This document shows positions 35,954 to 46,497 of a stretch of 64,000 bases of DNA, piece after piece (within the stretch, counting starts at the first letter, position 1; the number at the start of each line of letters is the position of its first letter). Source of the DNA: an uncultured delta proteobacterium. GTDB lineage: Bacteria; Myxococcota; Myxococcia; Myxococcales; Anaeromyxobacteraceae. Where the stretch lies: assembly GCA_963814585.1 (NCBI GenBank), contig CAWFDF010000011.1:228002-292001 (forward strand). Direction: 5' to 3'. A program made the translations under genes and the position numbers. The notes beneath the pieces were generated by a model. The model was not told the DNA's origin and searched no databases. It was given only the letters and a program-made list of their open reading frames with translations.

Positions 35954-37216
35954 CTACTTCCAGACCCTTCGGTCGTCGATCTTCTTGCCCCCCTCCGGGA
36001 GCGTCCCTCGAGCCAGCAGGGTGACGTCCCCGCGGACCTTCAGCTCATCGCGCAGGGCCTCGCCGAGCGCCGCCGCCAGGGCCGTGTCGCCGGGCCGGTC
36101 CACCTCGACCTCGTAGACCAGGTGGTCGAGGTGCTGGTCGCGCGTCACCACGGCGCGGAAGCGGCCGGCCTCGGCGAAGCGCTTCAGCACCGCCTCCACC
36201 TGGCCGCCGCGCACGAACATCCCCTTCACCTTGACGGCGTCACCGACCCGGCCGAGCAGGCCGGCCAGCTTGGGCGCCACCCGGCCGCAGGCGCAGCGGA
36301 CGGCTGGGGCCAGCGCGCCGATGTCGCCGGTGGCGAAGCGGAGCAGCGGGTAGGCCTCGTCGAAGCTGGTGGCCACGATCTCCCCGGGCTGGCCGGGCTC
36401 GGCGGCACGGCCGGTCTCGAGATCCAGCACCTCGACCAGGATGTCGGGGTGGAGGTGCCAGCCGCCCAGGTCGCCGCACTCGTAGGAGATGCAGCCGAGG
36501 TCGGCGGTGCCGTAGCCCTGCCGGCAGCGGACGCCGAAGGCCTCGATGTCGGCGCGGAGGCTCTCGGGGAGCATCTCGGCGACCACGAAGGCCGCCTCCA
36601 GGAAGAGCGGGGTGCCGGTCTCCCGGGCCCGGGAGAGGAGCTGGAAGAGGAAGCTGGGCGTGCCGGAGTAAGCGGTGGCGCGCAGGTGCGAGGCGGTCTT
36701 GAGCTGCAGCTCGGTCTGCCCCACGCCGCCGGGGATGACGGGGCAGCCCAGCGCCCGCGCCGCGCCGTCGAGCATGAAGCCGAGCGGCGTCAGGTGGTAG
36801 CTGGCCGAGTTGAGCACCACCTCGCCGCGCCGGAAGCCGGCGGCGGCCATCCCGTGACGGAAGCGCCAGAAGTCGCCGTCGCGCCCCTGCGGATCGTAGA
36901 TGGGTCCGGGGGACATGAAGAGCCGGGCCATGGCCGCCGGGTGGACCCCGGCCAGGCCGCCGAAGGGCGGCTCCTCGGCTTGCAGCCCGGGGAGCGCGTC
37001 CTTGCGGGTGATGGGGACTCGCGCCAGGTCGTCGAGGCCGCGGACGTCGGCGGGGGTGAGGCCGGCCTGCTCCAGGGCGCTGCGCGCCGCGGGCGCGGCC
37101 TTCCAGGCGTGGGCGGTGATGGCGGCGAGCCGCTGGCCCAGCCGGGTTCGCCAGGCCTCCGGGGAGAGGCACTCGAGCTCCGGTTCGAGGATCGAGCCAG
37201 GACGCAGCGTCGCCAT
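35954..37216 (-). CDS. Phenylacetate-CoA ligase-like AMP-binding protein
   Basis: SPGPIYDP, YSGTPSFL, YGTADLG, YPLLRFATGD, VKVKGMFV. Confidence 0.88.
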   Translation of the reverse strand: MATLRPGSILEPELECLSPEAWRTRLGQRLAAITAHAWKAAPAARSALEQAGLTPADVRGLDDLARVPITRKDALPGLQAEEPPFGGLAGVHPAAMARLFMSPGPIYDPQGRDGDFWRFRHGMAAAGFRRGEVVLNSASYHLTPLGFMLDGAARALGCPVIPGGVGQTELQLKTASHLRATAYSGTPSFLFQLLSRARETGTPLFLEAAFVVAEMLPESLRADIEAFGVRCRQGYGTADLGCISYECGDLGGWHLHPDILVEVLDLETGRAAEPGQPGEIVATSFDEAYPLLRFATGDIGALAPAVRCACGRVAPKLAGLLGRVGDAVKVKGMFVRGGQVEAVLKRFAEAGRFRAVVTRDQHLDHLVYEVEVDRPGDTALAAALGEALRDELKVRGDVTLLARGTLPEGGKKIDDRRVWK

Positions 37217-37242
37217 GGTGCGGCTCCTCCGCGGGCGGCTGG

Positions 37243-38028
37243 CTAGCTGAGCCAGCGCTTGCGGCGCTTGTAGAACTTCAGGTTCTTGTAGGTCTTGCCC
37301 GCCCCGCCGCCCATGTAGAACTCCTTGACGTCCTCGTTGGAGCGGAGCTTCTCGGCGTCGCCGTCGAGCACGATGCGGCCGCTCTCCATGACGTAGCCGT
37401 AGTGGGCGATGGAGAGGGCCAGGTTGGCGTTCTGCTCGACGAGGAGGAAGGTGGTCTTCTCCTCAGCGTTGATGCGCTTCACGATCCCGAAGATCTCCTT
37501 CACCAGGAGGGGGGCCAGGCCGAGGCTGGGCTCGTCGAGGAGGATGAGCTTGGGGCGGGCCATCAACGCCCGGCTGATGGCCAGCATCTGCTGCTCGCCG
37601 CCGGAGAGGTAGCCGGCCAGCCGCTTGCGCCGCTCCTGGAGGCGCGGGAAGTAGGCGTAGACCATCTCGGTGTCGCGCTTCAGGCCGGCCCGGTCGTTCC
37701 GGGTGTAGCCGCCCATGACGATGTTCTCCTCCACCGAGAGGTCCTCGAAGACGCGCCGCCCCTCCATCACCTGGAAGATGCCGCGCCTCACGATCTGCTC
37801 GGGGGACACGCCGTCGATGCGCTGTCCCTGGAACTCGATGGTGCCGTCGGTGACCTCGCCCTCCTCGGTGTGGAGCAGGCCGGAGATGGCCTTCAAGGTG
37901 GTGCTCTTCCCGGCGCCGTTGGAGCCGAGCAGGGCCACGATCTTCCCCTCCGGCACGTGGAGCGAGAGCCCCTTGAGGACGAGGATGACGTCGTCGTAGA
38001 TGACCTCGACGTTCTTCAGGTGGAGCAT
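37243..38028 (-). CDS. ABC transporter ATP-binding protein (LivF-like)
   Basis: GSNGAGKST, LSGGEQQML, LDEPSLGLAP. Confidence 0.95.
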   Translation of the reverse strand: MLHLKNVEVIYDDVILVLKGLSLHVPEGKIVALLGSNGAGKSTTLKAISGLLHTEEGEVTDGTIEFQGQRIDGVSPEQIVRRGIFQVMEGRRVFEDLSVEENIVMGGYTRNDRAGLKRDTEMVYAYFPRLQERRKRLAGYLSGGEQQMLAISRALMARPKLILLDEPSLGLAPLLVKEIFGIVKRINAEEKTTFLLVEQNANLALSIAHYGYVMESGRIVLDGDAEKLRSNEDVKEFYMGGGAGKTYKNLKFYKRRKRWLS

Positions 38029-38049
38029 GCGGGCTCTCGGCAGGGGAAG

Positions 38050-38079
38050 GGAGGGGCGGCCCGGTGGGACCGCCCCTCC
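38050..38079 (-). terminator. Intra-operon stem-loop after the substrate-binding protein gene
   Basis: GGAGGGGCGG...CCGCCCCTCC inverted repeat. Confidence 0.55.
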
Positions 38080-38094
38080 AGGATCACCGTCGAC

Positions 38095-39279
38095 CTACAT
38101 TCCCAGCCACTCGGCCTTGCGGGGCATGTCGTAGTCCTTCACCTTGACCAGCTTCCCGTCCTTGATGATGTAGACGGCGGTCCTGGTGGAGGGGCGGTGG
38201 TCGGTGGCGGTCCAGGTGACCGGGCTGGTCAGGCCGCCCAGGTCGAAGTCCTTGAAGGACTCGAGCGCGGCGCGGACGCCCTCGCCGGTGAGCTTGCCGG
38301 CCTTGTCGGCCCGCTTGAGCGCCTCCACCCAGACGATGGCGCCGGTCCAGCCGCGGACGTAGAGGGCGTCGTGCGTGTCGGTGGGGTGGTTGGCCTTGTG
38401 GTAGTCCTCCAGCGCCTTCATGCCCGGCACCGCCGTGCCGAACGGGACGTGGGGGACGACGCCGGTGACGCCCTCGGCCGCCTCCTTGGCCACCAGCGGG
38501 AGCGTCTCCGAGAAGCCGTAGGGGTTGGAGCCGAACTTGGTGGTCAGGCCGAGCGCCTTGGCGCCCTTGAGCAGCAGCGAGACGCCGGTGGTGGTGACGT
38601 TGACGTAGGCGTAGTCGGCCCCCTTCTGCTTCATGTTGAGCAGCTGGCTGGTGGCGTCCTGGAAGTTGCCGGGGAGGATCTCCTCGTCCACCACCTCGAT
38701 GCCGTTCTCCTTGGCGAAGGCCCGCCCGGCCGGCATGGGGGCCTTGCCGTAGGCGTTGTCACCGTAGAAGAAGGCCACCTTGGGGGCGCGGGTCTTGTCC
38801 TTCCAGTCCTCCTTGACCCAGCTGAGCCAGGCGCGGATCTGGTCGGAGTAGCTCGGGGCCACGAAGAAGTTGTAGGGCGTCTTGGCCGGGTCGGTCAGGT
38901 CGCCGGCGAAGGAGGCCGAGACGTACGGGATCTTGTCCTCGTTGATGAAGTTCTTGAGGGCCAGCGTGTCGCCGGTGCCCCAGCCGTTGATGAGGACGAC
39001 CTGCTCCTCCTTCATCCGCTTGTAGGCGGAGACGGCCTCGGGGATCTTGTAGGCGTAGTCGACGTCGATGAGCTTGATCTTCTTGCCGTTGACGCCGCCC
39101 TTGGAGTTGGTGAGCGCCACGTAGTCGCGGACGCCCTGGGCGTAGGGCTTGCCCACGTCCGAGGTGATGCCGGTCAGGTCGAAGATGCCGCCGACCTTGA
39201 TCTCCTGGGCCACCGCCTGTCCGGTGGCCAGCAACGCCACCGCCATCGCCAATCGCATCGCGCTTCGCATGAGGTGCAT
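38095..39279 (-). CDS. ABC transporter substrate-binding protein (LivJ/K-like)
   Basis: Signal peptide, IKVGGIFDLTG, GGVNGKKI; GGAGG RBS. Confidence 0.92.
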   Translation of the reverse strand: MHLMRSAMRLAMAVALLATGQAVAQEIKVGGIFDLTGITSDVGKPYAQGVRDYVALTNSKGGVNGKKIKLIDVDYAYKIPEAVSAYKRMKEEQVVLINGWGTGDTLALKNFINEDKIPYVSASFAGDLTDPAKTPYNFFVAPSYSDQIRAWLSWVKEDWKDKTRAPKVAFFYGDNAYGKAPMPAGRAFAKENGIEVVDEEILPGNFQDATSQLLNMKQKGADYAYVNVTTTGVSLLLKGAKALGLTTKFGSNPYGFSETLPLVAKEAAEGVTGVVPHVPFGTAVPGMKALEDYHKANHPTDTHDALYVRGWTGAIVWVEALKRADKAGKLTGEGVRAALESFKDFDLGGLTSPVTWTATDHRPSTRTAVYIIKDGKLVKVKDYDMPRKAEWLGM

Positions 39280-39329
39280 CGGGAAACCTCCGGGTTCGTC
39301 GGTTGGGCTGCCGCTGCGGGGGTACGACG

Positions 39330-40373
39330 TCAATACGAGAAGGGGTAGAGCTTCCAGTAGTTCTTGATGTGGTGCCATCGAGCCGCCATGCCGTCGGGCT
39401 CGAAGATCAGGAAGAGGACGATGGCGAGGCCGAAGACCCCCATCTTCACCGAGGCGAAGAGGGTGGTGAGCTCAGGGAAGGTGCTGGCCAGGGAGCTGGT
39501 GACGAGGCGGAGCAGCTCGGGGAGCAGGGTGATGAAGACGGCGCCGAAGACCGAGCCGAGCAGGCTGCCCAGGCCGCCGATGATGATCATGCCGAGCTGG
39601 TCGATGGCCACGCTGATGGGGAAGTTCTCCGGGCTGATGATGCGGGCCTGGTAGGCCAGCAGCGAGCCGGCCACCCCCACGTAGAAGCTGGAGACGGCGA
39701 AGGAGAGCAGCTTGTAGCGGAAGACGTTGACCCCCATGACCTCGGAGGAGATGTCCTGGTCGCGGATGGCCACGAAGGCCTTGCCGACCTTGGTGCGGAA
39801 GAGGTTGCGGGCGAAGAGCAGCAGCCCGGCCGCCACCGGCAGCGCCAGGAAGTAGAGCTGCCGGTCGTTGGCCAGCACCAGCGGGCCGGCCTTCGGCGAG
39901 GGGATGCTGATGCCGTTGACGCCGCCCGTCATCGACTCCCAGTGGGAGATGCCGAACTCGATGACGAAGTGGGCGGCCAGCGTGGCCACCGCCAGGTAGA
40001 GCCCCTTGAGGCGCAGCGAGGGGACGCCGAAGACCATGCCCACCAGCGCGGTGATCAGGCCGGCGGCCGGGATCACCAGCGGGAACGGGAGGTGGTAGCG
40101 GCCGGCCAGGACGGCGGTGGCGTAGGCGCCGACGGCGAGGAAGGCGGCGTTGCCGAGCGAGATCTGGCCGGTGAAGCCGGTGAGGATGTTGAGGCCGACG
40201 GCGGCGATGACGGCGATGAGGATGCGCAGGCCGACGTCGAGCCAGAAGGCGCTGGCCAGGAACGGCACCGCCACCATGCCAACCAGGAAGGCGATCATCA
40301 TGCGCCGGGCGAAGGCCGTCTCGAAGAGGGCCATGTCCTCGGCGTACGTCTCCCTGAAGTCTCCGCAGCGCAT
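39330..40373 (-). CDS. ABC transporter permease (LivM-like)
   Basis: GLNILTGFTGQISLG, LRLKGLYLA, IIGGLGS. Confidence 0.93.
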   Translation of the reverse strand: MRCGDFRETYAEDMALFETAFARRMMIAFLVGMVAVPFLASAFWLDVGLRILIAVIAAVGLNILTGFTGQISLGNAAFLAVGAYATAVLAGRYHLPFPLVIPAAGLITALVGMVFGVPSLRLKGLYLAVATLAAHFVIEFGISHWESMTGGVNGISIPSPKAGPLVLANDRQLYFLALPVAAGLLLFARNLFRTKVGKAFVAIRDQDISSEVMGVNVFRYKLLSFAVSSFYVGVAGSLLAYQARIISPENFPISVAIDQLGMIIIGGLGSLLGSVFGAVFITLLPELLRLVTSSLASTFPELTTLFASVKMGVFGLAIVLFLIFEPDGMAARWHHIKNYWKLYPFSY

Positions 40374-40381
40374 GGCTCTCC

Positions 40382-41269
40382 TCAGACCCGCTCGATCTTG
40401 ACCTTGCCGAACAACCCGTAGGGCTTCACCGCCAGGATGGCCACCAGCGCGATGAAGGGGGCCACCTCCTTGACGCCGCCGCCCACCAGCGGGTCGAGGT
40501 AGCCGCCCGAGAGGTTCTCCAGCACGCCCATCACCAGGCCGCCGACGATGGCGCCGAGCACGCTGTCGAGCCCGCCCAGGATCACCACCGGGATCACCTT
40601 CAGGCCGAAGAGGGCGAAGGCCCCGTCGACGCCGCCGCGGATGCCGCCCAGCAGCACGCCGCCCACCGCCGAGACCACCGCGGCGATCGACCACGCCAGG
40701 GCGAAGATCCGCTTCACCGAGATGCCCATGGAGAGGGCCACCTGCTGCGAGAAGGCGGTGGCCCGCATGGCGATGCCGGCGCGGGAGTACTTGAAGAAGA
40801 TCGAGAAGAGGGTGAGCAGCACGGTCACGCTGGCCACGCTGTAGAGGTAACCCTGCGAGACCGGCAGCGGCCCCACCATCACCGGCGCGGTGGGGAAGAT
40901 CTCCGGGTAGGGGCGGGTGTCGGTGCCCCAGATCCCCTGCACCACCGCCTTGAGGACCGAGGAGAGCCCCAGGGTCAGCATGATCACCGAGATGACCGGC
41001 TCGCCGATCATGGGGCGCAGGAGCAGCCGCTCCATGAGCACGCCCAGCAGCGCCGAGAAGCACAGCGTGATGAGGAAGGCGGCCAGGAAGGGGACCCGGT
41101 GGGTGCCGACGATGGCCACGCAGACGTAGGCGCCCAGCATGAGGAACTCGCCCTGCGCGAAGTTCAGGATCGAGGAGGACTTGTAGATGATGACGAAGCC
41201 CAGCCCGACCAGGGCGTAGATCGAGCCGATGACCAGGCCGCTCACCATCAGCTGGAGGAAGAACTCCAT
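40382..41269 (-). CDS. ABC transporter permease (LivH-like)
   Basis: GSIYALVGLGF, NFAQGE, VILGGLDS. Confidence 0.93.
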   Translation of the reverse strand: MEFFLQLMVSGLVIGSIYALVGLGFVIIYKSSSILNFAQGEFLMLGAYVCVAIVGTHRVPFLAAFLITLCFSALLGVLMERLLLRPMIGEPVISVIMLTLGLSSVLKAVVQGIWGTDTRPYPEIFPTAPVMVGPLPVSQGYLYSVASVTVLLTLFSIFFKYSRAGIAMRATAFSQQVALSMGISVKRIFALAWSIAAVVSAVGGVLLGGIRGGVDGAFALFGLKVIPVVILGGLDSVLGAIVGGLVMGVLENLSGGYLDPLVGGGVKEVAPFIALVAILAVKPYGLFGKVKIERV

Positions 41270-43218
41270 CAGGCCGCCTTCCCCATGGAGAGCTTGCGCA
41301 CCAGCAGCGTGGTGCGGATGCGGGTGGTCTTGCCGTCCTGGAACTTGATGGTGGTGTCGATGGGGACCTCGAGGGCGTCGCCGTAGAGGGCCAGGATGAC
41401 CTCGCGGTAGCGCTCCTCGACGAAGCCACGCCGCACCTTGCGGGTGCGGGTCAGCTCCTCGTCGTCGGCGTCCAGCTCCTTGTAGAGGAGGACGAACTTG
41501 GCGATGCGGGCGGCGTCGGGCAGCTTCTCGTTCACCAGGTCCACCTCGCGCTGCAGCAGGTCGTAGACCTGCGGCTTGGCGGAGAGGTCGGTGTAGGTGG
41601 TGTAGGAGAGGCGGTTCTTCTCGGCCCACTTGCCCACCACGCCCATGTCGATGCAGAGCATGGCGGTGAGGAAGGGCCGGTCGTGGCCGATGACCACCGC
41701 CTCCTTCACGTAGGGGGAGAACTTGAGCCGGTTCTCGATGAACTGGGGCGAGAACTGCGTGCCGTCGGCCAGCTTCATCACGTCCTTGAGGCGGTCGATC
41801 ACCACCAGCTGGCCGTCGGGCGCCAGGTAGCCGGCGTCGCCGGAGTGGAGCCAGCCGTCGACCACCGTCTTGGAGGTGGCCTCCTCGTTCTTGTAGTAGC
41901 CGAGGAAGACCGAGGGGCTGCGCGAGAGGATCTCGCCGGCCTCGGAGATCTTCACCTCGGTCTCGGGGATGGGGATGCCCACGGTGTGGGACTGGATGTC
42001 CTCGTCGCGGTGGATGCAGCTGATGCCGGAGATCTCGGTCTGGCCGTAGATCTGCTTGAGCCGGACGCCCATGGCGTGGAAGAAGCCGAAGACGTCGGGG
42101 CCGAGCGCGGCGCCGCCGGTGGAGGCGCTGCGGATGTAGGTGAAGCCGAGCCGGTCGCGCAGGGCGCGGAACAGCCCCCAGTAGGCCAGCTGGTAGAGCA
42201 CCTTCAGGTGGAACGGCACCGGCTTCTTCTCGAAGCGCAGGTCGGCCACCTTGCGCCCGATGGGCATGCAGAGGTTGAACATGAACCGCTTGAACGGCGT
42301 GGTGTCCATGATCTTCACCTGGACGGTGGAGGTCATCGACTCCCAGAAGCGGGGCGGCGCGAACATGACGTGCGGGCCGATCTCGCGGATGTTCTCGGCG
42401 GTGGTCTCGGCCTCCTCGGGGAAGTTGACGGTGAAGCCGACCGCCAGCGCCGTGGAGAGCGACATCATCTGCTCGCCGATCCAGGCCAGCGGCAGGAAGG
42501 ACACGAACTCGTCGGTGGGGCGCTTCTCGTCCACCGCGTGCAGGTTCATGGCCATGCCCAGCAGGTTGCGGAAGGAGAGCATGGCCCCCTTGGGGAAGCC
42601 GGTGGTCCCCGAGGTGTAGGAGATGATGGCCAGGTCGGTCACCTGGCCGCGGGCCACGTTGGCCTCCCACAGGCCGGGCTGCTCGGTCCCCAGCTTGCGG
42701 CCGCGGGCCTGCACGTCGGTGAAGGCGACGAGCTTCTGGTGCTGGTACTTGCGCAGGCCGCGCGGGTCGGTGAAGACCACCCAGCGGACCTTGGGCAGCT
42801 TGTCGAGCAGGTCGAGGATCTTGTCGACCTGCTCCTGGTCCTCGGCCACCACCACCGAGGCGTCGCAGTGATCGATGACGAAGGCCACGTCGGCGAGGTT
42901 GGAGTCCTGGTAGAGGCCGACCGAGGCGGCGCCGCAGGCCTGCGCGGCGATCTCGCTCATCACCCACTCCGGCCGGTTCTCGCCGATGACGGCCACGTTC
43001 TCGCCGGGCTGGAGCCCGAGCGCCACCAGCCCCAGCGAGAAGTCGCGCACCTGGTCGTGGTAGTCGCGCCAGGTGAAGGACTGCCAGATGCCGAACTCCT
43101 TCTCGCGCAGCGCCACCTTGTCCGGCATGGTCCGGGCGTTGCGGCAGAGCAGCTTCGGGAAGGTGTCGTCCGGCCCCAGGCGGTCGAGCGAGCTCACGGT
43201 GGTCCCGGTGGGCGTCAT
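41269..43218 (-). CDS. Long-chain fatty acid-CoA ligase (AMP-binding)
   Basis: YTSGTTGFPKG, YGQTE, GWLHSGDAG, ELTRTRKVRR. Confidence 0.93.
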   Translation of the reverse strand: MTPTGTTVSSLDRLGPDDTFPKLLCRNARTMPDKVALREKEFGIWQSFTWRDYHDQVRDFSLGLVALGLQPGENVAVIGENRPEWVMSEIAAQACGAASVGLYQDSNLADVAFVIDHCDASVVVAEDQEQVDKILDLLDKLPKVRWVVFTDPRGLRKYQHQKLVAFTDVQARGRKLGTEQPGLWEANVARGQVTDLAIISYTSGTTGFPKGAMLSFRNLLGMAMNLHAVDEKRPTDEFVSFLPLAWIGEQMMSLSTALAVGFTVNFPEEAETTAENIREIGPHVMFAPPRFWESMTSTVQVKIMDTTPFKRFMFNLCMPIGRKVADLRFEKKPVPFHLKVLYQLAYWGLFRALRDRLGFTYIRSASTGGAALGPDVFGFFHAMGVRLKQIYGQTEISGISCIHRDEDIQSHTVGIPIPETEVKISEAGEILSRSPSVFLGYYKNEEATSKTVVDGWLHSGDAGYLAPDGQLVVIDRLKDVMKLADGTQFSPQFIENRLKFSPYVKEAVVIGHDRPFLTAMLCIDMGVVGKWAEKNRLSYTTYTDLSAKPQVYDLLQREVDLVNEKLPDAARIAKFVLLYKELDADDEELTRTRKVRRGFVEERYREVILALYGDALEVPIDTTIKFQDGKTTRIRTTLLVRKLSMGKAA

Positions 43219-43991
43219 GCCGAGAGCTCCGCGGGCTCGCCCAGGTAGGCCTCCTGCACCTGCTTGCTGGCCTGGACCTCCTCGGGCGGGCCGTCGGCGA
43301 TCTTCTCGCCGAAGTTGAGGACGGTGACCCGGTTGGAGAGGTCCATGACCACGCCCATGTCGTGCTCGATCATGACGATGGTGGTGCCTCGCTCCTCGGC
43401 GGTCTCGACGACGAAGCGCGCCATGTCCTCCTTCTCCTCGGCGTTCATGCCGGCCATGGGCTCGTCGAGGAGGAGGAGGCGGGGGGCCAGCGCCAGGGCG
43501 CGGGCCAGCTCGACCCGCTTCTGCAGGCCGTAGGCGAGCGTGCCCACCACCTTCTTGCGGATGTGCTGGATCTCGAGGAAGTCGATGATGTCCTCGCAGA
43601 GGGCGCGGTGCTCGATCTCCTCGCGCTGGCCGAAGCCCCAGTAGAGGCCGCCGCCCAGCACGCCGGTGTGCTGGTGGACGTGGCGGCCGATGAGCAGGTT
43701 GTCGAGCACCGTCATGCCGCGGAAGAGGGCGATGTTCTGGAAGGTGCGGGCGATGCCGAGCTTGGTCCGGGCCGAGGGCGTCAGCCGGGAGATGTCCCGC
43801 CCGTCGAAGGTGATGGTCCCGTGCTGCGGCTTGTAGACGCCCGAGATGCAGTTGAGGAGGCTGGTCTTCCCCGCCCCGTTCGGGCCGATGATGGCGTGGA
43901 TGGTCCTCGGCTCCACCTTGAAGCTCACGTCCGAGAGGGCGGCCACGCCTCGGAAGTGGAGGATGATGCCTCGGACGTCGAGCATGGCCAT
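43215..43991 (-). CDS. ABC transporter ATP-binding protein (LivG-like)
   Basis: GPNGAGKT, ARTFQN, LLDEPMAGMN, IEHDM. Confidence 0.94.
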   Translation of the reverse strand: MAMLDVRGIILHFRGVAALSDVSFKVEPRTIHAIIGPNGAGKTSLLNCISGVYKPQHGTITFDGRDISRLTPSARTKLGIARTFQNIALFRGMTVLDNLLIGRHVHQHTGVLGGGLYWGFGQREEIEHRALCEDIIDFLEIQHIRKKVVGTLAYGLQKRVELARALALAPRLLLLDEPMAGMNAEEKEDMARFVVETAEERGTTIVMIEHDMGVVMDLSNRVTVLNFGEKIADGPPEEVQASKQVQEAYLGEPAELSA

Positions 43992-44128
43992 CGAGTGGGG
44001 GGTCCCGGGCGGTCGGAGTGAAACGGAATGTTCACGATGGCAGAGCGTCACACCCCCTCGCAAGCGTTTCGCGTAAAAACTGCATGACGCAACGCGCCAG
44101 CCGGGCGCCGGGAGGAATTCACTAGCAG

Positions 44129-45028
44129 TTACTTGCGGCCGGCCACGCGCACACCGATCAGGACCAGCGCGATTCCGGCCGCATGGTAGGCGTGGAACGA
44201 CTCGCCGAGGAGGAGCGCGGCCAGGACGGCGGCGAAGGCCGGGAGGAGATGGAGGAAGGCCCCGGAGCGATCGGCCCCGAGCTCCGCCACCCCCTGGTTC
44301 CACGACATGTAGGCCACCACCGACGCCATCACGCCGACGTAGCCCAGGGTGGCCAGGGTCCGGCCATCCCAGGGCATCCGGGCGCCTTGCCAGGCCTCGA
44401 CCGCGTAGAACGGCGCGAGCCAGGCCAGGCCGATGGCCACCAGCACGGTGAGGAGCGCCAGGGGGTGGAGCCCGGACGGTCGCCGGGCCAGCAGCACCGT
44501 GTAGACGGCCCAGGCGAGCACCGCGGCGAGCACCCAGGCGTCGCCGCGGTTGAAGGCGAGGCCGAGCAGGGTCCTCGGATCGCCCCGGGCCACGATGGTG
44601 AGGACGCCGGTCAGCGAGAGGGCGATGCCGGCCGCCTGGCGGCCGCGTGGCGGCGGCCCGCCCAGGAACGGTCCGATGGCGAGTATGAAGGCCGGACAGG
44701 CGGAGTTGAGGAGCGCGGCGTTGGTGGCGGTGGTCTGGCCGAGCCCCACGTAGACCATGGTGTTGAAGCTGCCGACGCCGAGGATGCCGAGCGGCACCAG
44801 CACCGGGAGCGATCGGCGGATGATGGGCCAGCCGGCCCGCAGCTCCCGGGCGGCGAGCGGCAGCAGGACGAGCAGCGCCACGGACCAGCGCCAGAAGGCC
44901 AGGGCGACCGGCGGGATGCTGGCGCTCACCGCGCGTCCCAGCACGAAGTTGCCGGCCCAGAGCAGCTGCGCCAGGACGAGCAGCAGGGCCGGGTGCACGG
45001 GCAGGTGCCGGGCGCGCGCGGGGGACAT
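44129..45028 (-). CDS. DMT/EamA family transporter
   Basis: LWAGNFVLGR, ALAFWRW, about 10 TM helices. Confidence 0.92.
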   Translation of the reverse strand: MSPARARHLPVHPALLLVLAQLLWAGNFVLGRAVSASIPPVALAFWRWSVALLVLLPLAARELRAGWPIIRRSLPVLVPLGILGVGSFNTMVYVGLGQTTATNAALLNSACPAFILAIGPFLGGPPPRGRQAAGIALSLTGVLTIVARGDPRTLLGLAFNRGDAWVLAAVLAWAVYTVLLARRPSGLHPLALLTVLVAIGLAWLAPFYAVEAWQGARMPWDGRTLATLGYVGVMASVVAYMSWNQGVAELGADRSGAFLHLLPAFAAVLAALLLGESFHAYHAAGIALVLIGVRVAGRK

Positions 45029-45100
45029 GCCGGCAGTCTCGCACGGCGCCCCGGACGCCGTGGCGGGAAGCGCGGACGACCGGCCCGGCGCCTGGTGCCG

Positions 45101-46327
45101 TCAGGGGGGGTTGATCACGACGACGGAGGGCGCGTCCTCCGTCGCGAAGCCCGGCGGGACGTTCCCCGAGTAGGCGACGTGGTCGAGCGTGACCGGCCCC
45201 CCCACGTCCCAGTAGCCGATGGCGCCGCCGGCCCCGGGCTGGTCCGGCCGGGTCGCCACGTTGTTGGTCATGGCGCCGCCGCGGAAGGTGACCGGGCCGC
45301 TGTGGTGCATGGCGAAGGCGCCGCCGTAGTCCACCGCCTGGTTGTCGTCGAACACCACGTCGTTCCAGACCGGCTCGACGCCGCCGGCCAGCTGGATGAT
45401 GTAGAGCCCGCCGCCCATGCCCTGGGGCGAGTTCATGTCGAGGGCCCGGTTGTGGCGCAGCATCAGGCCGTCCAGGTGCACGTCGCTGTACTTCAGGCCC
45501 GCGTGGTCCTCCGGCGCGCCGGGGTCCCAGGTGGTGGCGCCGTAGATGTAGAGGGCCCCGCGGGAGTCGCTGTACTGGAAGTCCGGCTGGGGCCAGGGCC
45601 GGGGCCGGGAGCGGTCCTTCACCACGTACTCGATGACGCAGTTCTCCAGGTGGTGGTCGGAGACGTCGGGCGGGATGCCCATCACCGGGGTCCCGCTCCA
45701 GATGCGGATGCCGTACCAGCCGGTGACGGGGTCCTCGGCGGTGAAGAGGATGTCTCGCTGCGCCGGCGAGGTGCCCCGCGCGTCGATGACGCCCGGGCCC
45801 TCCAGCCGGTAGTGACCCTGGAAGCGGACCTCCACGCCGGGCTGGATGGTGAGCCGGTGGCCGGTGGGGATGTGGACGTCCCCGAGGATCCGGTACGGCG
45901 ACCCGGCCGAGGTCCAGGTCTGCGTGGTGATGGCGCCGCCGGGGACGCTGGTCCCCCCGCTGCCGGAGGAGGTCACGGTGACGGTCGCCGAGCCGCTCCG
46001 GGCCGGATCGGCCAGGCTGGTGGCCACCACCTGGTAGGTGCCGACCGAGGACGGGGCGGTGTAGAGCCCCTCGCCGGTGATGCGGCCCGCCGGGGCGCCG
46101 CCCGCCACGGCCCAGGACACGCCGGCCTCGACGCTCCCGGTGACCGTGGCGCTGAAGGAGACCCTGCCGCCCGGGCCCAGGTCCACCGAAGAGGGCCGGA
46201 CGGTGACCTCCACCGTCCCCGGGTCGATCGGGACCGGCGCTGGCGCCGGCGTGCTGCACGCCGAGAGGAGCGCCAGGCCCACGGCCAGGGCCGCGGGGAA
46301 GGGACGGGGTCTTCGAGGCGTCTTCAC
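45101..46327 (-). CDS. Lipoprotein with Ig-like domain and probable beta-helix region
   Basis: Lipobox LSAC; GLYTAP..VGTYQVVATS; WTSAGSPY...LTIQPGV; GGGLY/YGGA repeats; start codon uncertain. Confidence 0.72.
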   Translation of the reverse strand: MKTPRRPRPFPAALAVGLALLSACSTPAPAPVPIDPGTVEVTVRPSSVDLGPGGRVSFSATVTGSVEAGVSWAVAGGAPAGRITGEGLYTAPSSVGTYQVVATSLADPARSGSATVTVTSSGSGGTSVPGGAITTQTWTSAGSPYRILGDVHIPTGHRLTIQPGVEVRFQGHYRLEGPGVIDARGTSPAQRDILFTAEDPVTGWYGIRIWSGTPVMGIPPDVSDHHLENCVIEYVVKDRSRPRPWPQPDFQYSDSRGALYIYGATTWDPGAPEDHAGLKYSDVHLDGLMLRHNRALDMNSPQGMGGGLYIIQLAGGVEPVWNDVVFDDNQAVDYGGAFAMHHSGPVTFRGGAMTNNVATRPDQPGAGGAIGYWDVGGPVTLDHVAYSGNVPPGFATEDAPSVVVINPP

Positions 46328-46497
46328 GTCGCTCGCTCCGGCGCCGCTCGGGCACCATCCGGGGACTGGTGTGGCCACCCGGTCCCAGGCGCATTGGGCC
46401 ATGTTCCGGCCGGCGCCGGAAGCCCCGTTTCCGGGGGCGCCCCTGAGGGGCACGGCGAGCTCCCCCGACGACCGGCGGAGCGACCCGGCGCCTGCGC

